From Takakia lepidozioides (taxonomy: Eukaryota; Plantae; Bryophyta), in NCBI GenBank assembly GCA_030704615.1, contig CM060734.1, positions 31,992,001-32,056,000 of the forward strand: DNA of 64,000 bases, given 5' to 3'. Positions 47,340-59,300 of the stretch are shown piece by piece. Within the stretch, counting starts at the first letter, position 1. Every line of letters begins with the position of its first letter. The translations under genes were made by a program, and so were the position numbers. The notes under the pieces are model-generated. The model was not told the DNA's origin and did not search any database. It saw nothing but the letters and a program-made list of their open reading frames with translations.

Positions 47340-50300
47340 TACGGATGCCTCTTAGTCTTGAATCTCTGAAAAACCACACCACAGCACTTTGTCTGTCTGT
47401 GATACCCTTGCATGGCCGCGGGGATCCATATTCTTCAACCTGTCGCAATTAAAAACTGTCAATCTGAGATCATCTCTTTTCTAATGATCATGAGAGAGCA
47501 ATGGATTGGAGAGGATGTACTCCCAAGATGTTGTGGCCATAGACCCTGCGCCTAGTTTGGGTGGAATGAAATGCAGAGATAGAGACTCATGAATCAATCT
47601 GCTGGGTGTGAGCTGCCCAGCAATTAGACCCCAATAGGGCCAGGGCCTCCTACCTTGTCTATGCCAAACCCACACGTGCCAATGCCCCACCTGACTGTGC
47701 CCAGATATACTCTACTAAGAAGGCTCCTTAACTCCGCCCCACTCCCAACCATACCCACCCAAGACATCTCCGTCCACTACATCGAAATCACCTACTGTCA
47801 TGACAGATACCAATCATTACCAACAAGTGAAACTGAAAACAACTAGGTCAATTAGTCCCTGTACAACTCCCACCCCTATTGGTAGGGCCCACGCTTGAAA
47901 GTGGGTAGTAGCCGTTTGGGGAAGTGGCTCTGAGTTACGCCGGCTACGGCCAGAGTCCTCTCTCTCTCTCTCTCTACATTGCAAAGCCCTTAGGTGCAAA
48001 ATCTAGTGAGGCAATGCAGCTGAATTAACCATGCACCGTGACCCCTGCATATGTGGATTTGAACGAGGACAACCTTTGCTGTGGCCACAACACCCAATCA
48101 AGAAAAAATGATACGGGCAGAATGTTTGAGAAGAACGAAAACGCTACCTTGATGTGCTCCATAGTCTGAATGCTTGGCCCTTGCTTCAGGAGGTCTCTGG
48201 TTGGTTGCAAATCTAGAATCCTGGGGCAAAGTTTTCTGTAAGGGTGCCCATGAGCTGCCAAATGAGGTGCTGCCACCCGCACCTGTTCTGGAGCTTTTCA
48301 TGATTTCACCAAGTTCCTGACCCTGCTGCCAGTATAAGAAGAGAAGACACATTATTAGGTTTACCATGCTTCATTGGATGAGGTGGTGACCCACTTTTCC
48401 TCGAGTTCTAGACTTTGAGCTTATTACATCCACAGAGACAAAATGAAAGAAGAAAAGAAGAAAGAGACTTTAATGTCCACTGGAAGCTGAAAGAGCTTAT
48501 GGAACAAAGACCAGCAGGATACAAGGACCCAACAAGCAGCCCAAAAACTTTTTCATATTTGGGTTCTGTTAGGATTTTTTGATGGCTAGGGATGGCTCCT
48601 ACCAGAAGGTTCTACCACAAGGTTCCACCAGATTTAGGGAAAGGCTGAGGCAATGCCCAGCACTTCTTCTAGCGTATAAGTTGATGTGCTATCCTAGTAG
48701 ATTGCAGAGAGGAGAAGTCCAGCATCTACGGTCTACTCTGTTAGCTTTCTTTTGTAGTAGGGAGCAAGGACTCCGGTTTTTAATCTTGTTAGTACTAACT
48801 AATTCCTGTATTATTCAGCTGTCAAGTTTTTGTACTGCTGCTTATGAATAGAAGCTTCCTGTCAATATCTCTAGAGTGAGGAAGGTCTAGTTTCCTAACA
48901 GTCTCAACAAGTAGTACCTTCAGCTCCTGCCTAATGAGCGTGTTTCTATCATGCTTAGAAAAGATTTTGAGGTCTTGAGACAGTAGGGAGGCTATGCCAT
49001 TCCAAGAAAGTGGATACACAGGCAAACCAACATGACTGCTTTAAGTCTCATGAAGAGGCTCAAAGAATTTCTCCCACCAGGAAACATGGACCTCGGAGCC
49101 AAGAATTCATTGCTTTGGGTTTACTGGGGGCATTATAAACTTCCATTCTTCCTCTTCAATGCTGTCAATGTGGCCAAAGCTGTCGAGAAACAACAAACTG
49201 CCAAAGCACTGGATCTTTTCGGATTACAGAGCTTACTCATTGAGCAAGCGACAGTCACCTTGGCCCACTATATTGCAATGAGGTGGTACAACCCCAGTTT
49301 CCAATTAGACCCGACAAAAGCATTATTCACCCGCCTTTCAAGAGAGGTGACAGGTTGAATCTGTGACAAGAACGTTCTTCAAGACATTGTCGGGTAGTTC
49401 CAGCATATTCAACTTACAGGAGCAACATCTGTTGAAGTGTCCCCATGAACAATGTGGGGATCATGCACATATTGACTGCCAGAGTAATCCCCTCCCCCTG
49501 AGAACTGTAAAACCCTGCCCACATGAGTTACAAAAATGTGAAGATGTGCTCAAAAGCAAAATGTGTTGCCAAAATATAGACGCTACACTCTCTGAGAGTT
49601 CACAGTGTACTGTTGGCAAGGTTCTTCAAATGAAAAATGATATTGACTGCCTATAATTCAAGATAATCAATATCTGCCAACACAGAAATAGTAAGAGCAC
49701 GGGTAAAGACTAATAGGACACACATATGCATTAGCTGAAAAACTTGACTTGAAAATCACAAAGCTGAAGCCCGAAGTACCTGGTAAGGTCAGATCGCAGA
49801 TTATTACTGAGGTCCATCAACAGATCACGCTCATTGGCTATGTGCGTCATATCCAGTGAAACAGCCTCAAGCTGTGCATGAAGACCTGCCTGCACTTTCT
49901 CCATCTCAGAAATCTTGGCAACTCCTTTCGATGCGCTCCTACTTCTGGGGCTTTTGGGACTTTTGGGACTGCCAAAAGCAAACTATTATGGATCTGATGA
50001 CCTCATTTTCTAATGAGAACCCTGTTTATCCTTCGCTGTCGTTGCAAGCTAGTCCTCCTCCTCCTCTCCCATAGCCCACCCTGCCCTTTTGCTTTCACCA
50101 CTACATCAGCCCCTCCTACAAACTAAGAAACTGAACAGAGTTGCACCTCAAAGTACTGCACACTCGTGATGGTGATAATGGTGATCGAGGACGTTGAGGA
50201 GATTGAGGGCGAGGTGACAGTGGCTGTCTCCCTCCATAGTCCAAGCGCCTAGGTGATTGAGGCCATTGGGGTGAGTGGGGCTGTGCAAGCCATTTATCAC

Positions 50301-53300
50301 CAGGTTGTGAGGAACATGGTGATCGAGGACGAAGCGGCGAGTGGTTCCGTAAATCTCCAAGTTGTGACCCCATAGCCCGAATTTGAGTTTTCAAGTGCTG
50401 CACTTCTTCTTGCAATTTGGTTATCACATGTGTCTGCCAAGAATATAACTGACATAAGTAAAGCTGTCCCTCTTTGTCCCATTGGCCTTGGCCTTGGGGC
50501 TTCCCATGGACAGAATAAATTGTTCCGGTGAAACTTGATAGTTTCTTTCTTTCATTTCATTTCATTTCTTATGTTTTCTCTCCCCTTGCTCCTATGTCCT
50601 AACTGAGCAGAGGGTCTGTGGCAACAAGGGTAATTCAATCAACATCCCATCAGTTCAATTTTCTCTCTTAAGCTCCCATAAGCACATTTCATTTCATTTC
50701 ATTTCTCTTAAGCTCCCATAAGCTCTATGAGCTTTCTGTGGATGTTATAAAGCACCATTTGATTTGATTTGATTTCTCTCTTATGCTTTATAACGTCCGT
50801 TATAAAGTACCATTTCATTTCATTTCATTTCATTTCTCTCTTATGCAATAGTTTTGATCCTTGTACACTCCATTTGTATAAACATGCAATAATGAACATC
50901 AATATTTTCTTTGCCATTCCCCTACAACTGGCTTCCATCACTTCTTCAATTATGTTTTTGTCCTTGCTTTCATTCACTGCAAGACTCTCTAGAACACCTT
51001 TCCAAGTTGAGGCATCAGAAGGGTAGGCGCTTATCAGTTGACCACATTATTTGTCAAGAAACTGTGACAGAAATTGCAGAGAGTCAGCGGACAGACAAAA
51101 AGGATAACAGAGAAAAAGGAGCAATACTGAACAGCACTATCCCAATTGTTTCCCTGAACCCCCCCTTATAAATGTACTAAATGCTCAGACATTATCAACA
51201 CAAGTGCTTCCTGGCTCCAAAGCTGCATTTAGGTTCCCCCCAGCCATTGAATGCTCTTGCTCCTACCACCCTCTGATTGCTGTCAGCAGCTCCCCCTTAA
51301 GACAGAACAAGGAACACAATAGAAGACGCTGGGTGTAATTGCCTAAGTGGAATATCTCTCCTTCAAATCCTCACAATGTTTGCAAAGTCACTCCACCACC
51401 CATAACTGTGATTTTTAAACCCAAAGCACTAGGTGCAATGAGGAGACCAAAGATGGACTGGGTTCAAACCACCCCATTTGACAGACAATTTCCAAGGTGA
51501 CCCCAACCTGGCAGGATGCAAATAGCTGTGGACATGGTAGGAGGAGAGAGGCTAACCCTTGTTGGGCTTGTGAAGGGGCTCTTCCACTGGAAAGCATCTG
51601 ACATGGTTGTCCTTTGCAGTGCCTCCATTTCTGTGCGCATGCTACCTGGTCCCAATGCAAGCAATGGGAAGGCAACCAAGCCGTCATGTCCCTCAATCGC
51701 TGAATGACAACCTGCTACTTAATCCAGTTACTCTATGTTTTATGGTCAGAGCATACGAGAGGTTTAGGCAAGCAACTTCTGATGATTACATCCTTTTCCA
51801 GCATTATACTCTTAGTATGTTGTTCAGGAATTGAAACTCGATCGTCCTGTAGCTGAACGGAAGTCATCTATGCATGCCCCACGACTGGCTCTAGGTGGGT
51901 TGCCAGGACTACGACAAGAAGACTATGATATAGCCAAGGTTTGGTATGGATCATTCATAAATACATCTCTCTGGTAGGCATACCAACAATACCCCTAATG
52001 CGTTCATTTTCTGCGGACAGGTCTCGCATGCTTGTTCGCAGCTGTCGATTCTCAGCTTCCAGCTCCAGCTTCTTTTGATGCTCCACCCCCTCTCGAGCCC
52101 CCATTGCTCTCAAAGACTCTGCAATCATTGGGCCAAATTGCTTAAAAGTCTTATCACAGTTGTCAAGTTTCTTTCTTTCCGCGGACGTTATAAAGCACCA
52201 TTTCATTTCATTTCATTTCCTTCTCTAAAGTTTCTTTCACTGTCTTTCTTCTCTTATTGTACACACACACCCTTGTCGCACAGGACAGCAGTTGGGAAGG
52301 ATAGCTGCAGTAGTCCAAGCTCCAGCCATTGAATCATTATATGCCTTCTTTGAGAGGGAGGAGGGAGAGAAGTAGAAACTTTATCACATCCACAGAACTT
52401 TATTGCGTCTGTGGAAGGCCCAAATGGTCCAAGGGCAAAACCTGAACAACAAGTAGAACCAATCAAACCAAACAGGAAAGAAAAAAAGAAATGAAATGGT
52501 ACTTTATAACGTCCGCGGAAAGCTCAAAGAGCTTATGGGACAAGAAGAAGCAAGAAACAAGAAAGAGAGGCAGCCCAAAAGCAACTGTTGCTCAAGGGAT
52601 TGCCTCGTCAACGCCTCATGCAGGTAAGCTGTCAAGCATTGTCTCTATCCGCAGACTGTGGGAGCCCACCCTGAACCTCCCCAATGCCCTCAGAAGAGAG
52701 GGAGACAGAGCTGCAGACAGGTAATAGGGCCACAAGATTCTATCGTCAGAGGACCAAGACTTTCTCCCGGTAGAACTGCAGTTTTGTTGTTAGGGTGGCT
52801 GGTTTCATGTCTGCCTGACGTGAAGTTCCGTAAGTTCTGGTCTGATATATCTATTGCGGCTGCTGTTTCGGTTTGGATGGATTCATCCGTTCTTTTCCAT
52901 CTTTTGTTCATATGTTGTTCCCTGCCCCTTGACGCATAGTTTTTCTCTGGGAGGTCCAGGAGTCCATGGGAAAAAGTAGAACAACAAGATACACTAAAGA
53001 GAGCAAATTACCTTCATCCTGTGAAAAGACAGTAAATGTAAGGGGGGTAGGAGCTGGAAAGGAAGAGCCCGCACTGGTGCCCATGTCCCTGCCTGTAGGC
53101 ACCTGTTGGCAACGTTTATCATTCTCTGAGTACACAAAGCCAGGATACTTTTGAAGATGAACATTATTGGACTTTTTAGTTCTTCCAGAATTTGTCAATA
53201 CGTAATAAACTACACACTGTCCATAAGTTTTAGATGAAAGAATAAAATTGTATGATTCTAATCGTTAGACTTTTAAGTTTTATATTCTTCTGTCCATCTA

Positions 53301-56300
53301 TCTGTCCGTTTTCTTTGGTGACTGGCTGTGCAATCATTCACACTTGTCCCATATATATCCAGCTAGACCGCTACAGTAGGAGGGTTGAACTGGAATCTTG
53401 ATGTCCAGGCTAGCATAGACAGCATGTTAGAAAATACATTCCTGAAGCTTTAATGACAAGGGATTTGTCTCGAATATGATGCAAAAAACAAAAAAAAAAC
53501 AAAACAAAAGCTACGACCTGCAAAAAATATCTTAGATCTCTCATTTACGTTTTGGGGCCTGAAAAGGGTTTGTTGACCGCTGACGTGGCAGTAAACAAGC
53601 CCAAAACAGATTGCACTCCAAAGGCCATTTTTGGCAGAAAATTAGCAATCTTGGAAAAAGCACTTCACCTTGTGGTGTCTCTTGTCAATTTTGAGATTTC
53701 AACTCCCATGTAATTGCATGCATAGCAACCATAGGTGAAAAAATCAGTTGGACTTGCAATTTAGTGGGGTCATAGCCACTCCACTATTGATTTGGAAATG
53801 GTGGGTCTTGGGGCAAGAAAAATTGGATAAAGCTAGGTTTTGATTTGGTCAAACCAATTTCTTTCTCACTTTTTCTTTGGGACCTGATATTTGAGGTCCA
53901 GGCCAACGCTATAATCTCACAATTTCCACGGTGGACTTGGCTCATTTTTTGGTATGTCATGCATAAATGAGCTGGGCCCATTGCTATAAGGCTGGAATCT
54001 CTGGATGATTTTTGGTAGGTTTCTAGGAGCAATTTACTGCAGCTGGGTACCCAAAATTGGTAAAAAGTCAAAAAAGGGCTTGGGAACTTAAGGGTTAAGT
54101 CCAGAGAGGACCACATGGGCTAATGGGGCAAAGTAGAACAGTAAGAAAACCAGAGAAAATGAGAACGAGAACTAGGAAGACAGAGTTGCGGGAAAAGCAA
54201 AAAAGATTTTTCACAATGTCCACCAAGGGGCCCTGAGAAAGATACAGAAAAAGAGAAACATGGGAGAAGCACAGGAGAAACCACCAAGAGACCAAGTGCC
54301 ATTGATGGTGGCCCATTTGAACAATGAGAAAGAGGGTGGTGGCAATTTTGAGTAGACAGCAGAGGAGTGACTATTCTTCAGGAGTTGGCCACATCCAGAA
54401 CGAAAAATCTAAGATCAAGAACTTTGACATGAGAAAGTACTGATAGCACTTTGTTTCCCGTAGCTTGTGGCCGTAGACCCTGCACCCAGTTTTGGTGGAA
54501 CAAGAGGGAACGGACACTAATTTGTGAGGGGCTCACTCCAGTCGTGTAAGCAATTAGTTTGGGCTCCTAGAAAGCCCTTCAAGCATCAATCTTCTGTGTG
54601 TGAGCTGCCTAGCAATTAGACTCCAAAGTGGCCAGGGCTTTAGGCTCAGCCTTGAGATTTTGAACGTTGTTGAACAGAAGTGCAGGGACTATTGAAACTT
54701 TGAAATGAGAATAGGTCTAAAAGTTCAGATTGAGGACCTCCAGATGCTGCTCTTGGAGCTCAACCGTCTTGCGGGCATTGGCCTTCACGTCTTCCAGCCG
54801 CTTTTTTAGGAGAGCTTCCTTCCTCGCCGTCTCTGCCTCCATGCACCTCATCTACAAGCAGACAATTCTTATAAAAGCCACGAATTTACAAATTACTCAT
54901 GAAGCCAGTCTCACTGTCTCTTAGGCACAAACCCACGAATTGTAATTTTCTTGGTCCCATGGGACTTTGAGCCTTCCAGTGGATGTAAATAAGTTTCGTC
55001 CTTTCTGCCAGGAAATAACTTTGTATGCTGCCACAACTTGATGGCAAGATGTGAGAAGACAGGGAGTTGAAACATATATGACTGGGAAAGTACCTTCTCT
55101 TGAAATTGTGAAATCTGCTCAGCCTTTTGAGTCTCCACGGCCTTACACTTAGCTTTAAGTGCCTCCATCTCCTCTGTCTGCATAGGTCACACACAGGTTA
55201 GGAAAATGTCCTGTAAAGAAACGAATGTTATGATTGCGTGTCATTTTTTACAGCCAATACAGTGCAAATTCAGGCACATTATGAGGATGGTCATTGACCA
55301 TCTCAATCCTGTTCTTCGGTTGTTCTACTATGGCCATGGACCTCCCATCAGCACAATAAACATTGTCGTCTATACTCTCTCCTAGGGCAAGCAGAGTCAT
55401 TCTCATTGCTGCTCCATCTGCATGCATCCTCACTTAGGATGAAGAGCTCTATGTTCACAAGACCACGATAAAAAGTTTATGAGGAGTACATCCATCCCTC
55501 CCTCCCTCCTTTGCACTGTTTCTGCACAGAAAGGCTCCCCAACTTCGGACTCACTTGAAGTTCAGTAGTAGTATTATGGTTGCACTGGGGGCTGGCTGTC
55601 ATAGTGAACACTACAAAGATTTGGTCTTTCCTTCTTCCTTTCTTTCTTTGACCATTGATAAGAACCACTGTAAATGGTGACAGTTACCAGTTGGCCAACC
55701 GATTTCTGGTGGTGGGATTCCAGTTGTTTCAACTGATCACTGAGACGTTGCACTTCCAAGTCAGCCTGCATCTCCTCTGAGTCCTTCTCCATCTGTAGCT
55801 GTTTTAGCTGCTTTACTAGGGCCTGCCAAGACAAGCCTCAGTGCACGCTCTGCTAGTAAACTACACCACTGTACTCCTGCTCCCATGTTCTGAGACTAGT
55901 GCGTGTTCCTGGAATCCCTGCTTTGTGCAGATGACCTTGTAGCTATCGCTTTCTACCGTCACCACCAACTGTCAACTCTAGAAGATGCATTGCTTCTAAT
56001 TTATAATTTCTCACTTTGAATGCTACAAGTGAAGATGTAGACCTGAAGCTCTTTATCTTTTCCATAGAGCTGTTCCCTCATCCTGGTTTCCTGAGAACCA
56101 AATGAAACACATCAGGACAAACAGTCTAAACTGCTGTTTTGAGATTAGCTTCAACAGACATGAAATGAAATAGTATTTTATAACGTCCGCAGGAACCTCA
56201 AAGAACCCTAGAGTGATCATGAGCACTGATAGGGGTTCCACATTCTCACCCAAGCAAACTCTTCAAGTATGAGGGCAATCTACTCATCTGAGTCATGTGC

Positions 56301-59300
56301 AAGAGTTCTATGAAGAATCAGGACAGCAGCTGCCAACAGCAGCCAGTTTGCCATCATTCCACTGCTGATACTCATTCACCTTCTCTGTAAACTTTGCATA
56401 TCATGTAGCCATGGATGAACCTCATGGGATACTTACCTACAGTAGTCAGTAGAACCCTGGGTTGGCATGGAGATCACTCAACTCCCATTCCCTCCGAACG
56501 TTGGTTTGCCATAGCCCTACAGCCATTGAGCCCGCGGGGAACTAACCCTCCCGGAGCCTTTTGTGGAGTTCGCACCCACCAGGATTTAGCTTATCCTCGC
56601 AGCTCAGCTGAAGGTATAAACTTATTTTCCCCCGCAACTGCCATTAAGATGCTCACAGGGGCAGTTGTTGGCATGCAAACTCATCAGCCCGGTTGCAGAG
56701 TTATTGATTTTAGATTTATAGCCCTGTGTTTACCACGGATATGACATGTTTGGGGATATGCAGGGCACAGGAGGCTTCTGAATGTCATTCCTGGAGGCTT
56801 CCGAATGTCATTCCCGGCTGTGTGCAGGATGAGAAAGTGAGAGAGCGAGAGAGAGCAAGAGGTTTCCTTCTACTTTGTAGAGTTAAGCTGGATTCATGTC
56901 CATACAGGCACAATATGGAAGGGAATCCTTATACCAAGCTCTCAAGCTGCTGTATCTCTTTGGCAACTGTAACTTCCAAATGCCTCTCCTGCCACCTAGT
57001 AATAGACCAATGTCAGCTGCAATGGAGGGTTGTGAAATTGAGAAAATGTAACAGACCCAGTGATTGGCTGCACCTTTTCCTCGGTCTCATTTTGTTTCTC
57101 GTTTTCTTTCTAGAACAACAGTGCTGGAATCAACCTCATGATCTTGGTGTAATCGATTACGGTACCCTCAGAACATATTCATAGTCATCAACTAAGCCAC
57201 TGCATTTGATTCCCTGATCAATGCGTGCTCCGTGAGACACATGCGTACTTATGAGATCTGCCAATCTAATCAATGTCCTTGCCCACAAGGCATTAATACC
57301 AGTGATTCCTTCCATTACTTCGATGTAAATAACAGCTCTAAGGGCTGTATCCCACCCCGCAACATGTGGGGACCCAGTTGGACAACACTTTGTGGAGGTG
57401 GTGGGTAAGACATACTTCCCCAACTATTATCTTGATGCCCCTGGCCCCTTGACGCCGGATGAGAACAAGAAGATTTGCTTGCATATTGTCAATGCCCGAT
57501 GTCCGGGCAGCCTGAAGACAATATCCATTTTCTGATATTCTCATCAGAGAGAGACCCTCTTCACGACTATCAGAACATAGTCCTGTACCTCTGTTCATTG
57601 ACTTTCAACTCAAGGCTGAGCCTAAAGCCCTGGCCCTGTTGGGCTCTAATTGCTGGGCAGCTTATACACAGTAGATTGATGCTTATGTGAAGAGCTTTCT
57701 ATAGGAAATCTGGAAAGCCCAAACCAATTGTTTGTACCAGGGTAAGTCCCACTACTGGAGTGAGCCCCTCATAAAGGTAGTGTCTGTTCCCTCTTGTTAA
57801 GCCCAAATTGGGAGCGGTCTATGGCTTCAAGGCTACGCGCAAACAACATCTTATATGTACCTTCTTCTACCTCTCTATAAGAATCACCTCTCTCCCTGTC
57901 CTCTAGGAAGCCTATTGACATTGGGTGGACTTGATACGGGAGTACATTAATGTCTCTGTGACTAAATGCCGGCCTTGTGACCTCGTGTCCTTGTTTGTTT
58001 CGACCTGAAGCGCTTTGCTTCAGGTAAGGTAGTGCATTGGATTTAGTTGGAAAGCTTTTGGCCTTTCCCTCTTTAGAATATGCCTACACGGGCCATTCCC
58101 TGCAACTCCCTGGAGTGTGATCTCTGAATGGTAACAAGCGGACTCCTACCGCTTGGGGGCAGCCCCTCCGCCCAAATTGGGCAGTCGTATGCTCTGTCTA
58201 GCATACTCGGCACTTGGGCTCGGGTTGGTTCCTGTGCTTAAACTTATAGCCTGCGAGAACAATCAAAAATTTAGCTCCTATCAACATCAACACTCCTCAG
58301 GGTGATCCCTGGGAATTGGTTACTTATGCCAAATCTAGGGCTTCATGTGTAGTTTTTGGGGTGAATCCCAGGATGGACGATGTGTCCTTTAAAACTACAT
58401 GCTCTAGCTTAGGCTTGGACTTCATGGCTAATGGTACCATCTCGAGACTTGATAACAGGGGTACGTTGAAGGTTGCAATGACCAAAAGTGCTTCTAATAG
58501 AGTCCCGCATCAATTCAATCTCAAAGAAGTTCGTCCCTTGACGCTGGAGAGCGGTCTTAGACATTGGTGATTCAATGGGGCGCTCTAGGAAGACAACCAA
58601 GGGCAACGACTTCAACTTGAGAGTTTCTAATCGGTTTGATGCTCTGGATGAGGTTGAATCCAAACAGCCAGAAGGACAAGATGCCCCTAAATGTACGGAA
58701 TCTGAACGTCCTGAATCTGAAGGATTTGGTACTCTGAATGGTTTACCAATCCTCAAGGATTACACAAGACGAACAAATTCTATACACGGGGTAATTGTCC
58801 GCAAGCCGTCAGATGGACAATCTGTCCCTAAGTGTGCAGAGCCTGAACGTCGTGTAACTGAAGGATTTGGTACTCTAAATGGTTTACCAATGCTCAAAGT
58901 CTACACAAGACGAGCAAAATCTATACAAGGGGTAATTGTCCCCAAGCAGTCTGACGGACAATCTGCCCCTATGTGTGTGGAGCCTGTGCGTCGTGTAACT
59001 GAAAGATTTGGTACTCTGAATGGTTTACCGATTCTCAAAGTTTACACAAGACGAGCAAAATCTACACATGGGGTAACTGTCCCCCCTTTGCAGAATGGTT
59101 GGCCGTCCAGGAGCAATCACAAGCTACCTAGACGACAAACAATTCACATGCAAAGGGCTGGCTTGCGGCTGGCCACTTTCAACTTCTCAGGGTTGACCAA
59201 CCAAAGGAAACAATTTGAAGTGGGACAAGTTCTTCGGACTAATGATATTCATATCTGTGCTGGGCAAGAAACATGGGAAACGTCGGATAAACTGGTTGGA

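Noticed and set aside
51955-52206. Recurrent peptide MKW(C/Y)FITSAE as a protein motif
   Set aside because: It is the antisense translation of the LINE 3' tail, fused by chance to neighbouring frames.
57955-58050. HDV-like ribozyme in the LINE 5' UTR
   Set aside because: A hairpin (acctgaagc/gcttcaggt) and a cctcgt loop exist, but I could not build the nested double pseudoknot. A covariance-model search would be needed.
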